A DNA stretch of 64,000 bases from Lingula anatina (Eukaryota > Animalia > Brachiopoda): assembly GCA_051362555.1 (NCBI GenBank), contig JBPQGU010000013.1, positions 434,001 through 498,000 on the forward strand, written 5' to 3'. The translations under genes were made by a program, and so were the position numbers. The notes under the pieces were generated by a model. That model saw nothing but the letters and a program-made list of their open reading frames with translations. It was not told where the DNA came from and did not search any database. This document shows, piece by piece, positions 27,050 to 40,706 of the stretch (its first letter is position 1; each line of letters begins with the position of its first letter).

Positions 27050-30000
27050 TTATGAATGACAGGTGTGGTAGATTGATTTTCCTCACTTTTTGGAAAAATT
27101 GGAGACGGGTCGATTTTTGGTGATTTTGAGTGATTTTGAACAGTGCCGGCACTGTGAGATTTCTTCAATTTTGGCCAGGTAGGGATGAAAATTTTTTTTC
27201 TTCATTATAGTGTCAGGTAGGTGTGTTCGGTCATTTGTAGTAAGAATAAAGTGCTGGAAGAGTGGTGGTGTCAACATTAAGGAAGAAATAGAGCAAAAAC
27301 TCTCTCTTCCCCCCCCCCCCTCTCAGATTCTCTTCTCAGAGCTTATTTTTGGATCATCTTTAAAGCTAGAATTGGGGGCCTTGATGAAGTGACCCGGGCG
27401 CGTTTCCACATTTTTTATGAATGACAGGTGTGGTAGATTGATTTTCCTCACTTTTTGGAAAAATCGGAGACGGGTCGATTTTTGGTGTTTTTGAGTGATT
27501 TTGAACAGTGCCGGCACTGTGAGATTTCTTCAATTTTGGCCAGGTAGGGATGAAAATTTTTTTTCTTCATTATAGTGTCAGGTAGGTGTGTTCGGTCATT
27601 TGTAGTAAGAATAAAGTGCTGGAAGAGTGGTGGTGTCAACATTAAGGAAGAAATAGAGCAAAAACTCTCTCTCCCCCCCCCCCTCTCAGATTCTGTTCTC
27701 AGAGCTTATTTTTGGATCATCTTTAAAGCTAGAATTGGGGGCCTTGATGAAGTGACCCGGGCGCGTTTCCACATTTTTTATGAATGACAGGTGTGGTAGA
27801 TTGATTTTCCTCACTTTTTGGAAAAATCGGAGACGGGTCGATTTTTGGTGATTTTGAGTGATTTTGAACAGTGCCGGCACTGTGAGATTTCATCAATTTT
27901 GGCCAGGTAGGGATGAAAATTTTTTTTCTTCATTATAGTGTCAGGTAGGTGTGTTCGGTCATTTGTAGTAAGAATAAAGTGCTGGAAGAGTGGTGGTGTC
28001 AACATTAAGGAAGAAATAGAGCAAAAACTCTCTCTCCCCCCCCCCCTCTCAGATTCTGTTCTCAGAGCTTATTTTTGGATCATCTTTAAAGCTAGAATTG
28101 GGGGCCTTGATGAAGTGACCCGGGCGCGTTTCCACATTTTTTATGAATGACAGGTGTGGTAGATTGATTTTCCTCACTTTTTGGAAAAATCGGAGACGGG
28201 TCGATTTTTGGTGATTTTGAGTGATTTTGAACAGTGCCGGCACTGTGAGATTTCTTCAATTTTGGCCAGGTAGGGATGAAAATTTTTTTTCTTCATTATA
28301 GTGTCAGGTAGGTGTGTTCGGTCATTTGTAGTAAGAATAAAGTGCTGGAAGAGTGGTGGTGTCAACATTAAGGAAGAAATAGAGCAAAAACTCTCTCTCC
28401 CCCCCCCTCTCAGATTCTGTTCTCAGAGCTTATTTTTGGATCATCTTTAAAGCTAGAATTGGGGGCCTTGATGAAGTGACCCGGGCGCGTTTCCACATTT
28501 TTTATGAATGACAGGTGTGGTAGATTGATTTTCCTCACTTTTTGGAAAAATCGGAGACGGGTCGATTTTTGGTGATTTTGAGTGATTTTGAACAGTGCCG
28601 GCACTGTGAGATTTCTTCAATTTTGGCCAGGTAGGGATGAAAAATTTTTTTCTTCATTATAGTGTCAGGTAGGTGTGTTCGGTCATTTGTAGTAAGAATA
28701 AAGTGCTGGAAGAGTGGTGGTGTCAACATTAAGGAAGAAATAGAGCAAAAACTCTCTCTCCCCCCCCCTCTCAGATTCTGTTCTCAGAGCTTCTTTTTGG
28801 ATCATCTTTAAAGCTAGAATTGGGGGCCTTGATGAAGTGACCCGGGCGCGTTTCCACATTTTTTATGAATGACAGGTGTGGTAGATTGATTTTCCTCACT
28901 TTTTGGAAAAATCGGAGACGGGTCGATTTTTGGTGATTTTGAGTGATTTTGAACAGTGCCGGCACTGTGAGATTTCTTCAATTTTGGCCAGGTAGGGATG
29001 AAAATTTTTTTTCTTCATTATAGTGTCAGGTAGGTGTGTTCGGTCATTTGTAGTAAGAATAAAGTGCTGGAAGAGTGGTGGTGTCAACATTAAGGAAGAA
29101 ATAGAGCAAAAACTCTCTCTCCCCCCCCCCCCTCTCAGATTCTGTTCTCAGAGCTTATTTTTGGATCATCTTTAAAGCTAGAATTGGGGGCCTTGATGAA
29201 GTGACCCGGGCGCGTTTCCACATTTTTTATGAATGACAGGTGTGGTAGATTGATTTTCCTCACTTTTTGGAAAAATCGGAGACGGGTCGATTTTTGGTGA
29301 TTTTGAGTGATTTTGAACAGTGCCGGCACTGTGAGATTTCTTCAATTTTGGCCAGGTAGGGATGAAAATTTTTTTTCTTCATTATAGTGTCAGGTAGGTG
29401 TGTTCGGTCATTTGTAGTAAGAATAAAGTGCTGGAAGAGTGGTGGTGTCAACATTAAGGAAGAAATAAAGCAAAAACTCTCTCTCCCCCCCCCCCCCTCT
29501 CAGATTCTGTTCTCAGAGCTTATTTTTGGATCATCGTTAAAGCTAGAATTGGGGGCCTTGATGAAGTGACCCGGTCGCGTTTCCACATTTTTTATGAATG
29601 ACAGGTGTGGTAGATTGATTTTCCTCACTTTTTGGAAAAATTGGAGACGGGTCGATTTTTGGTGATTTTGAGTGATTTTGAACAGTGCCGGCACTGTGAG
29701 ATTTCTTCAATTTTGGCCAGGTAGGGATGAAAATTTTTTTTCTTCATTATAGTGTCAGGTAGGTGTGTTCGGTCATTTGTAGTAAGAATAAAGTGCTGGA
29801 AGAGTGGTGGTGTCAACATTAAGGAAGAAATAGAGCAAAAACTCTCTCTTCCCCCCCCCCCCTCTCAGATTCTCTTCTCAGAGCTTATTTTTGGATCATC
29901 TTTAAAGCTAGAATTGGGGGCCTTGATGAAGTGACCCGGGCGCGTTTCCACATTTTTTATGAATGACAGGTGTGGTAGATTGATTTTCCTCACTTTTTGG

Positions 30001-32150
30001 AAAAATCGGAGACGGGTCGATTTTTGGTGTTTTTGAGTGATTTTGAACAGTGCCGGCACTGTGAGATTTCTTCAATTTTGGCCAGGTAGGGATGAAAATT
30101 TTTTTTCTTCATTATAGTGTCAGGTAGGTGTGTTCGGTCATTTGTAGTAAGAATAAAGTGCTGGAAGAGTGGTGGTGTCAACATTAAGGAAGAAATAGAG
30201 CAAAAACTCTCTCTCCCCCCCCCCCCTCTCAGATTCTGTTCTCAGAGCTTATTTTTGGATCATCTTTAAAGCTAGAATTGGGGGCCTTGATGAAGTGACC
30301 CGGGCGCGTTTCCACATTTTTTATGAATGACAGGTGTGGTAGATTGATTTTCCTCACTTTTTGGAAAAATCGGAGACGGGTCGATTTTTGGTGATTTTGA
30401 GTGATTTTGAACAGTGCCGGCACTGTGAGATTTCATCAATTTTGGCCAGGTAGGGATGAAAATTTTTTTTCTTCATTATAGTGTCAGGTAGGTGTGTTCG
30501 GTCATTTGTAGTAAGAATAAAGTGCTGGAAGAGTGGTGGTGTCAACATTAAGGAAGAAATAGAGCAAAAACTCTCTCTCCCCCCCCCCCTCTCAGATTCT
30601 GTTCTCAGAGCTTATTTTTGGATCATCTTTAAAGCTAGAATTGGGGGCCTTGATGAAGTGACCCGGGCGCGTTTCCACATTTTTTATGAATGACAGGTGT
30701 GGTAGATTGATTTTCCTCACTTTTTGGAAAAATCGGAGACGGGTCGATTTTTGGTGATTTTGAGTGATTTTGAACAGTGCCGGCACTGTGAGATTTCTTC
30801 AATTTTGGCCAGGTAGGGATGAAAATTTTTTTTCTTCATTATAGTGTCAGGTAGGTGTGTTCGGTCATTTGTAGTAAGAATAAAGTGCTGGAAGAGTGGT
30901 GGTGTCAACATTAAGGAAGAAATAGAGCAAAAACTCTCTCTCCCCCCCCCTCTCAGATTCTGTTCTCAGAGCTTATTTTTGGATCATCTTTAAAGCTAGA
31001 ATTGGGGGCCTTGATGAAGTGACCCGGGCGCGTTTCCACATTTTTTATGAATGACAGGTGTGGTAGATTGATTTTCCTCACTTTTTGGAAAAATCGGAGA
31101 CGGGTCGATTTTTGGTGATTTTGAGTGATTTTGAACAGTGCCGGCACTGTGAGATTTCTTCAATTTTGGCCAGGTAGGGATGAAAAATTTTTTTCTTCAT
31201 TATAGTGTCAGGTAGGTGTGTTCGGTCATTTGTAGTAAGAATAAAGTGCTGGAAGAGTGGTGGTGTCAACATTAAGGAAGAAATAGAGCAAAAACTCTCT
31301 CTCCCCCCCCCTCTCAGATTCTGTTCTCAGAGCTTCTTTTTGGATCATCTTTAAAGCTAGAATTGGGGGCCTTGATGAAGTGACCCGGGCGCGTTTCCAC
31401 ATTTTTTATGAATGACAGGTGTGGTAGATTGATTTTCCTCACTTTTTGGAAAAATCGGAGACGGGTCGATTTTTGGTGATTTTGAGTGATTTTGAACAGT
31501 GCCGGCACTGTGAGATTTCTTCAATTTTGGCCAGGTAGGGATGAAAATTTTTTTTCTTCATTATAGTGTCAGGTAGGTGTGTTCGGTCATTTGTAGTAAG
31601 AATAAAGTGCTGGAAGAGTGGTGGTGTCAACATTAAGGAAGAAATAGAGCAAAAACTCTCTCTCCCCCCCCCCCCTCTCAGATTCTGTTCTCAGAGCTTA
31701 TTTTTGGATCATCTTTAAAGCTAGAATTGGGGGCCTTGATGAAGTGACCCGGGCGCGTTTCCACATTTTTTATGAATGACAGGTGTGGTAGATTGATTTT
31801 CCTCACTTTTTGGAAAAATCGGAGACGGGTCGATTTTTGGTGATTTTGAGTGATTTTGAACAGTGCCGGCACTGTGAGATTTCTTCAATTTTGGCCAGGT
31901 AGGGATGAAAATTTTTTTTCTTCATTATAGTGTCAGGTAGGTGTGTTCGGTCATTTGTAGTAAGAATAAAGTGCTGGAAGAGTGGTGGTGTCAACATTAA
32001 GGAAGAAATAAAGCAAAAACTCTCTCTCCCCCCCCCCCCCTCTCAGATTCTGTTCTCAGAGCTTATTTTTGGATCATCGTTAAAGCTAGAATTGGGGGCC
32101 TTGATGAAGTGACCCGGTCGCGTTTCCACATTTTTTATGAATGACAGGTG
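27050..32150 (+). repeat. Tandem duplication of a 7-monomer block (period 2,542-2,543 bp)
   Basis: Private variants recur in order: AAATTGG 27100/29642, GTGTTTT 27488/30030, TTCATCAA 27892/30435, CTTCTTTTT 28793/31336, ATCGTTA 29536/32079, CCGGTCG 29575/32118. Boundaries are approximate. Confidence 0.92.
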
Positions 32151-34899
32151 TGGTAGATTGATTTTCCTCACTTTTTGGAAAAATCGGAGACGGGTCGATT
32201 TTTGGTGATTTTGAGTGATTTTGAACAGTGCCGGCACTGTGAGATTTCTTCAATTTTGGCCAGGTAGGGATGAAAATTTTTTTTCTTCATTATAGTGTCA
32301 GGTAGGTGTGTTCGGTCATTTGTAGTAAGAATAAAGTGCTGGAAGAGTGGTGGTGTCAACATTAAGGAAGAAATAGAGCAAAAACTCTCTCTTCCCCCCC
32401 CCCCTCTCAGATTCTGTTCTCAGAGCTTATTTTTGGATCATCTTTAAAGCTAGAATTGGGGGCCTTGATGAAGTGACCCGGGCGCGTTTCCACATTTTTT
32501 ATGAATGACAGGTGTGGTAGATTGATTTTCCTCACTTTTTGGAAAAATCGGAGACGGGTCGATTTTTGGTGATTTTGAGTGATTTTGAACAGTGCCGGCA
32601 CTGTGAGATTTCTTCAATTTTGGCCAGGTAGGGATGAAAATTTTTTTTCTTCATTATAGTGTCAGGTAGGTGTGTTCGGTCATTTGTAGTAAGAATAAAG
32701 TGCTGGAAGAGTGGTGGTGTCAACATTAAGGAAGAAATAGAGCAAAAACTCTCTCTCCCCCCCCCCTCTCAGATTCTGTTCTCAGAGCTTATTTTTGGAT
32801 CATCTTTAAAGCTAGAATTGTTGGCCTTGATGAAGTGACCCGGGCGCGTTTCCACATTTTTTATGAATGACAGGTGTGGTAGATTGATTTTCCTCACTTT
32901 TTGGAAAAATCGGAGACAGGTCGATTTTTGGTGATTTTGAGTGATTTTGAACAGTGCCGGCACTGTGAGATTTCTTCAATTTTGGCCAGGTAGGGATGAA
33001 AATTTTTTTTCTTCATTATAGTGTCAGGTAGGTGTGTTCGGTCATTTGTAGTAAGAATAAAGTGCTGGAAGAGTGGTGGTGTCAACATTAAGGAAGAAAT
33101 AGAGCAAAAACTCTCTCTCCCCCCCCCCTCTCAGATTCTGTTCTCAGAGCTTATTTTTGGATCATCTTTAAAGCTAGAATTGGGGGCCTTGATGAAGTGA
33201 CCCGGGCGCGTTTCCACATTTTTTATGAATGACAGGTGTGGTAGATTGATTTTCCTCACTTTTTGGAAAAATCGGAGACGGGTCGATTTTTGGTGATTTT
33301 GAGTGATTTTGAACAGTGCCGGCACTGTGAGATTTCTTCAATTTTGGCCAGGTAGGGATGAAAAATTTTTTTCTTCATTATAGTGTCAGGTAGGTGTGTT
33401 CGGTCATTTGTAGTAAGAATAAAGTGCTGGAAGAGTGGTGGTGTCAACATTAAGGAAGAAATAGAGCAAAAAACTCTCTCTCCCCCCCCCCCTCTCAGAT
33501 TCTGTTCTCAGAGCTTATTTTTGGATCATCTTTAAAGCTAGAATTGGGGGCCTTGATGAAGTGACCCGGGCGCGTTTCCACATTTTTTATGAATGACAGG
33601 TGTGGTAGATTGATTTTCATCACTTTTTGGAAAAATCGGAGACGGGTCGATTTTTGGTGATTTTGAGTGATTTTGAACAGTGCCGGCACTGTGAGATTTC
33701 TTCAATTTTGGCCAGGTAGGGATGAAAATTTTTTTTCTTCATTATAGTGTCAGGTAGGTGTGTTCGGTCATTTGTAGTAAGAATAAAGTGCTGGAAGAGT
33801 GGTGGTGTCAACATTAAGGAAGAAATAGAGCAAAAACTCTCTCTCCCCCCCCCCCCCCCTCTCAGATTCTGTTCTCAGAGCTTTTTTTGGATCATCTTTA
33901 AAGCTAGAATTGGGGGCCTTGATGAAGTCACCCGGGCGCGTTTCCACATTTTTTATGAATGACAGGTGTGGTAGATTGATTTTCCTCACTTTTTGGAAAA
34001 ATCGGAGACGGGTCGATTTTTGGTGATTTTGAGTGATTTTGAACAGTGCCGGCACTGTGAGATTTCTTCAATTTTGGCCAGGTAGGGATGAAAATTTTTT
34101 TTCTTCATTATAGTGTCAGGTAGGTGTGTTCGGTCATTTGTAGTAAGAATAAAGTGCTGGAAGAGTGGTGGTGTCAACATTAAGGAAGAAATAGAGCAAA
34201 AACTCTCTCTCCCCCCCCCTCTCAGATTCTGTTCTCAGAGCTTATTTTTGGATCATCTTTAAAGCTAGAATTGGGGGCCTTGATGAAGTGACCCGGGCGC
34301 GTTTCCACATTTTTTATGAATGACAGGTGTGGTAGATTGATTTTCCTCACTTTTTGGAAAAATCGGAGACGGGTCGATTTTTGGTGATTTTGAGTGATTT
34401 TGAACAGTGCCGGCACTGTGAGATTTCTTCAATTTTGGCCAGGTAGGGATGAAAATTTTTTTTCTTCATTATAGTGTCAGGTAGGTGTGTTTGGTCATTT
34501 GTAGTAAGAATAAAGTGCTGGAAGAGTGGTGGTGTCAACATTAAGGAAGAAATAGAGCAAAAACTCTCTCTCCCCCCCCCCCTCTCAGATTCTGTTCTCA
34601 GAGCTTTTTTTGGATCATCTTTAAAGCTAGAATTGGGGGCCTTGATGAAGTGACCCGGGCGCGTTTCCACATTTTTTATGAATGACAGGTGTGGTAGATT
34701 GATTTTCCTCACTTTTTGGAAAAATCGGAGACGGGTCGATTTTTGGTGATTTTGAGTGATTTTGAACAGTGCCGGCACTGTGAGATTTCTTCAATTTTGG
34801 CCAGGTAGGGATGAAAATTTTTTTTTCTTCATTATAGTGTCAGGTAGGTGTGTTCGGTCATTTGTAGTAAGAATAAAGTGCTGGAAGAGTGGTGGTGTC

Positions 34900-37800
34900 A
34901 ACATTAAGGAAGAAATAGAGCAAAAACTCTCTCTCCCCCCCCCCCTCTCAGATTCTGTTCTCAGAGCTTATTTTTGGATCATCTTTAAAGCTAGAATTGG
35001 GGGCCTTGATGAAGTGACCCGGGCGCGTTTCCACATTTTTTATGAATGACAGGTGTGGTAGATTGATTTTCCTCACTTTTTGGAAAAATCGGAGACGGGT
35101 CGATTTTTGGTGATTTTGAGTGATTTTGAACAGTGCCGGCACTGTGAGATTTCTTCAATTTTGGCCAGGTAGGGATGAAAATTTTTTTTCTTCATTATAG
35201 TGTCAGGTAGGTGTGTTCGGTCATTTGTAGTAAGAATAAAGTGCTGAAAGAGTGGTGGTGTCAACATTAAGGAAGAAATAGAGTAAAAACTCTCTCTCCC
35301 CCCCCCTCTCAGATTCTGTTCTCAGAGCTTATTTTTGGATCATCTTTAAAGCTAGAATTGGGGGCCTTGATGAAGTGACCCGGGCGCGTTTCCACATTTT
35401 TTATGAATGACAGGTGTGGTAGATTGATTTTCCTCACTATTTGGAAAAATCGGAGACGGGTCGATTTTTGGTGATTTTGAGTGATTTTGAACAGTGCCGG
35501 CACTGTGAGATTTCTTCAATTTTGGCCAGGTAGGGATGAAAATTTTTTTTCTTCATTATAGTGTCAGGTAGGTGTGTTCGGTCATTTGTAGTAAGAATAA
35601 AGTGCTGGAAGAGTGGTGGTGTCAACATTAAGGAAGAAATAGAGCAAAAACTCTCTCTCCCCCCCCCCCTCTCAGATTCTGTTCTCAGAGCTTCTTTTTG
35701 GATCATCTTTAAAGCTAGAATTGGGGGCCTTGATGAAGTGACCCGGGCGCGTTTCCACATTTTTTATGAATGACAGGTGTGGTAGATTGATTTTCCTCAC
35801 TTTTTGGAAAAATCGGAGACGGGTCGATTTTTGGTGATTTTGAGTGATTTTGAACAGTGCCGGCACTGTGAGATTTCTTCAATTTTGGCCAGGTAGGGAT
35901 GAAAATTTTTTTTCTTCATTATAGTGTCAGGTAGGTGTGTTCGGTCATTTGTAGCAAGAATAAAGTGCTGGAAGAGTGGTGGTGTCAACATTAAGGAAGA
36001 AATAGAGCAAAAACTCTCTCTCCCCCCCCCCCTCTCAGATTCTGTTCTCAGAGCTTATTTTTGGATCATCTTTAAAGCTAGAATTGGGGGCCTTGATGAA
36101 GTGACCCGGGCGCGTTTCCACATTTTTTATGAATGACAGGTGTGGTAGATTGATTTTCCTCACTTTTTGGAAAAATCGGAGACGGGTCGATTTTTGGTGA
36201 TTTTGAGTGATTTTGAACAGTGCCCCCTCTCAGATTCTGTTCTCAGAGCTTATTTTTGGATCATCTTTAAAGCTAGAATTGGGGGCCTTGATGAAGTGAC
36301 CCGGGCGCGTTTCCACATTTTTTATGAATGACAGGTGTGGTAGATTGATTTTCCTCACTTTTTGGAAAAATCGGAGACGGGTCGATTTTTGGTGATTTTG
36401 AGTGATTTTGAACAGTGCCGGCACTGTGAGATTTCTTCAATTTTGGCCAGGTAGGGATGAAAATTTTTTTTCTTCATTATAGTGTCAGGTAGGTGTGTTC
36501 GGTCATTTGCAGTAAGAATAAAGTGCTGGAAGAGTGGTGGTGTCAACATTAAGGAAGAAATAGAGCAAAAACTCTCTCTCCCCCCCCCCCCTCTCAGATT
36601 CTGTTCTCAGAGCTTATTTTTGGATCATCTTTAAAGCTAGAATTGGGGGCCTTAATGAAGTGACCCGGGCGCGTTTCCACATTTTTTATGAATGACAGGT
36701 GTGGTAGATTGATTTTCCTCACTTTTTGGAAAAATCGGAGACGGGTCGATTTTTGGTGATTTTGAGTGATTTTGAACAGTGCCGGCACTGTGAGATTTCT
36801 TCAATTTTGGCCAGGTAGGGATGAAAATTTTTTTTCTTCATTAAAGTGTCAGGTAGGTGTGTTCGGTCATTTGTAGTAAGAATAAAGTGCTGGAAGAGTG
36901 GTGGTGTCAACATTAAGGAAGAAATAGAGCAAAAACTCTCTCTCCCCCCCCCTCTCAGATTCTGTTCTCAGAGCTTATTTTTGGATCATCTTTAAAGCTA
37001 GAATTGGGGGCCTTGATGAAGTGACCCGGGCGCGTTTCCACATTTTTTATGAATGACAGGTGTGGTAGATTGATTTTCCTCACTTTTTGGAAAAATCGGA
37101 GACGGGTCGATTTTTGGTGATTTTGAGTGATTTTGAACAGTGCCGGCACTGTGAGATTTCTTCAATTTTGGCCAGGTAGGGATGAAAATTTTTTTTCTTC
37201 ATTATAGTGTCAGGTAGGTGTGTTCGGTCATTTGTAGTAAGAATAAAGTGCTGAAAGAGTGGTGGTGTCAACATTAAGGAAGAAATAGAGTAAAAACTCT
37301 CTCTCCCCCCCCCTCTCAGATTCTGTTCTCAGAGCTTATTTTTGGATCATCTTTAAAGCTAGAATTGGGGGCCTTGATGAAGTGACCCGGGCGCGTTTCC
37401 ACATTTTTTATGAATGACAGGTGTGGTAGATTGATTTTCCTCACTATTTGGAAAAATCGGAGACGGGTCGATTTTTGGTGATTTTGAGTGATTTTGAACA
37501 GTGCCGGCACTGTGAGATTTCTTCAATTTTGGCCAGGTAGGGATGAAAATTTTTTTTCTTCATTATAGTGTCAGGTAGGTGTGTTCGGTCATTTGTAGTA
37601 AGAATAAAGTGCTGGAAGAGTGGTGGTGTCAACATTAAGGAAGAAATAGAGCAAAAACTCTCTCTCCCCCCCCCCCTCTCAGATTCTGTTCTCAGAGCTT
37701 CTTTTTGGATCATCTTTAAAGCTAGAATTGGGGGCCTTGATGAAGTGACCCGGGCGCGTTTCCACATTTTTTATGAATGACAGGTGTGGTAGATTGATTT

Positions 37801-39200
37801 TCCTCACTTTTTGGAAAAATCGGAGACGGGTCGATTTTTGGTGATTTTGAGTGATTTTGAACAGTGCCGGCACTGTGAGATTTCTTCAATTTTGGCCAGG
37901 TAGGGATGAAAATTTTTTTTCTTCATTATAGTGTCAGGTAGGTGTGTTCGGTCATTTGTAGCAAGAATAAAGTGCTGGAAGAGTGGTGGTGTCAACATTA
38001 AGGAAGAAATAGAGCAAAAACTCTCTCTCCCCCCCCCCCCTCTCAGATTCTGTTCTCAGAGCTTATTTTTGGATCATCTTTAAAGCTAGAATTGGGGGCC
38101 TTGATGAAGTGACCCGGGCGCGTTTCCACATTTTTTATGAATGACAGGTGTGGTAGATTGATTTTCCTCACTTTTTGGAAAAATCGGAGACGGGTCGATT
38201 TTTGGTGATTTTGAGTGATTTTGAACAGTGCCCCCTCTCAGATTCTGTTCTCAGAGCTTATTTTTGGATCATCTTTAAAGCTAGAATTGGGGGCCTTGAT
38301 GAAGTGACCCGGGCGCGTTTCCACATTTTTTATGAATGACAGGTGTGGTAGATTGATTTTCCTCACTTTTTGGAAAAATCGGAGACGGGTCGATTTTTGG
38401 TGATTTTGAGTGATTTTGAACAGTGCCGGCACTGTGAGATTTCTTCAATTTTGGCCAGGTAGGGATGAAAATTTTTTTTCTTCATTATAGTGTCAGGTAG
38501 GTGTGTTCGGTCATTTGCAGTAAGAATAAAGTGCTGGAAGAGTGGTGGTGTCAACATTAAGGAAGAAATAGAGCAAAAACTCTCTCTCCCCCCCCCCCCT
38601 CTCAGATTCTGTTCTCAGAGCTTATTTTTGGATCATCTTTAAAGCTAGAATTGGGGGCCTTAATGAAGTGACCCGGGCGCGTTTCCACATTTTTTATGAA
38701 TGACAGGTGTGGTAGATTGATTTTCCTCACTTTTTGGAAAAATCGGAGACGGGTCGATTTTTGGTGATTTTGAGTGATTTTGAACAGTGCCGGCACTGTG
38801 AGATTTCTTCAATTTTGGCCAGGTAGGGATGAAAATTTTTTTTCTTCATTAAAGTGTCAGGTAGGTGTGTTCGGTCATTTGTAGTAAGAATAAAGTGCTG
38901 GAAGAGTGGTGGTGTCAACATTAAGGAAGAAATAGAGCAAAAACTCTCTCTCCCCCCCCTCTCAGATTCTGTTCTCAGAGCTTATTTTTGGATCATCTTT
39001 AAAGCTAGAATTGGGGGCCTTGATGAAGTGACCCGGGCGCGTTTCCACATTTTTTATGAATGACAGGTGTGGTAGATTGATTTTCCTCACTTTTTGGAAA
39101 AATCGGAGACGGGTCGATTTTTGGTGATTTTGAGTGATTTTGAACAGTGCCGGCACTGTGAGATTTCTTCAATTTTGGCCAGGTAGGGATGAAAATTTTT
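34900..39200 (+). repeat. Tandem duplication of a 2,007-2,008-bp block (5 full monomers plus one ~195-bp truncated monomer)
   Basis: Paired markers: GCTGAAAG 35247/37254, CACTATTT 35439/37446, GTAGCAAG 35955/37962, deletion junction 36223/38231, CTTAATG 36654/38662, ATTAAAGT 36843/38851. Boundaries are approximate. Confidence 0.92.
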
Positions 39201-39511
39201 TTTCTTCATTATAGTGTCAGGTAGGTGTGTTCGGTCATTTGTAGTAAGAATAAAGTGCTGGAAGAGTGGTGGTGTCAACATTAAGGAAGAAATAGAGCAA
39301 AAACTCTCTCTCCCCCCCCCCTCTCAGATTCTGTTCTCAGAGCTTATTTTTGGATCATCTTTAAAGCTAGAATTGGGGGCCTTGATGAAGTGACCCGGGC
39401 GCGTTTCCACATTTTTTATGAATGACAGGTGTGGTAGATTGATTTTCCTCACTTTTTGGAAAAATCGGAGACGGGTCAATTTTTGGTGATTTTGAGTGAT
39501 TTTGAACAGTG

Positions 39512-39515
39512 CCGG
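39512..39515. other. Left target-site duplication CCGG
   Basis: ...gaacagtgCCGG|tgtaac. Only one CCGG occurs at this position in unoccupied monomers. Confidence 0.95.
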
Positions 39516-39643
39516 TGTAACATGAAAATCTGACTCCCATGAAAATGTGACTCCCCAGTCAGATTTTCATTATGAAAATGTGACTCCCCAGTCAGATTTT
39601 CATAATGAAAATCTGACTCCCCCCATGAAAATTTGACTCCCCC
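39516..39643 (+). repeat. Left terminal inverted repeat, outer domain (array of ATGAAAAT[CGT]TGACT motifs in both orientations)
   Basis: It is the reverse complement of ~41964-42091 with few differences. It contains two 32-bp hairpin units ATGAAAATGTGACT-CCCC-AGTCAGATTTTCAT at 39539-39570 and 39572-39603. Confidence 0.92.
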
Positions 39644-40706
39644 TCCACAAAACTTCATACATCTTATTTTATTTGAGTATATGACTGTGATCTTGTAGTA
39701 TGTAAAAAGGAGGATAGATTGGCACATTTTTTTGTAGTTTGCAGTGAAAATTCAAATGAAAAAATTAGAAAAATAAAAATGAGCACATAATGAAAATCTG
39801 ACTCCCCATGAAAATTTGACTCTCCATCATAAAACTTCATAAATCTTATTTTATTTTGGGTATATGTCTCTGATCTTGTAGTATGTAAAATGGAGGATAC
39901 ATTGGCACATTTTTTGTAGTTTGAAGGTGAAAATTTTAATGAAAAAATAAGAAAATTTAAAATGAGCACATAATGAAAATCTGACTCCCCCATGAAAATT
40001 TGACTCCCCCATCATAAAACTTTATAAATCTTATTTTATTTTGGGTATATGTCTGTGATCTTGTAGTATGTAAAATGGAGGATACATTGGCACTTTTTTG
40101 TAGTTTGAAGGTGAAAATTTTAATGAAAAATAAAGAAAATTAAAAATGTGCACATAATGAAAATCTGACTCCCCAATGAAAATTTGACTCCCCCATCATA
40201 AAACTTTATAAATCTTATTTTATTTTGGGTATATGTCTGTGATCTTGTAGTATGTAAAATGGAGGATACATTGGCACTTTTTTGTAGTTTGAAGGTGAAA
40301 ATTTTAATGAAAAATAAAGAAAATTAAAAATGTGCACATAATGAAAATCTGACTCCCCAATGAAAATTTGACTCCCCCTCCACAAAACTTCATAAATCTT
40401 ATTTTATATTGAGTATATGACTGTGATCTTGTAGTATGTAAAAAGGAGGATAGATTGGCACATTTTTTGTAGTTTGCAGGTGAAAAATTATGTGAAAAAG
40501 TAAGAAAATTAAAAATGAGCAAATAATGAAAATCTGACTCCCCCATGAAAATATGACTGCCCCTCCACAAAACTTCATAAATCTTATTTTATTTTGAGTA
40601 TGTGACTGTGATCTTGTAGTATGTGAAATGGAGGAAACTTTGGCGCTTTTTTGTAATTTGCAGGTGAAAATTTTCATGAAAAAATAAGAAAATTCAAAAT
40701 GCCCAC
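39601..40706 (+). repeat. Element-internal ~184-bp tandem repeat, left arm, 6 units
   Basis: The unit start (C/A)ATAATGAAAATCTGACTCCCC recurs at ~39601, 39786, 39969, 40153, 40337 and 40522 (periods 183-185 bp). The sequence is AT-rich and unrelated to the host monomer. Confidence 0.95.

Larger units (their letters stand above)
1..39515 (+). repeat. ~363-bp tandem satellite array, left block (~109 monomers, subfamily A: AAAAACTCTCTCT and TTTTCCTCAC)
   Basis: The same monomer recurs every ~360-370 bp (ORF-track starts 49, 412, 777, 1140, 1503...). Length variation comes mostly from a poly-C tract. All copies are head-to-tail. The array runs off the left edge of the window. Confidence 0.99.

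Noticed and set aside
39539-39640. CRISPR-like array of 32-bp palindromic repeats
   Set aside because: Repeats are separated by 1 bp with no unique spacers, there are no cas genes, and they are mirrored at the other end as terminal inverted repeats.
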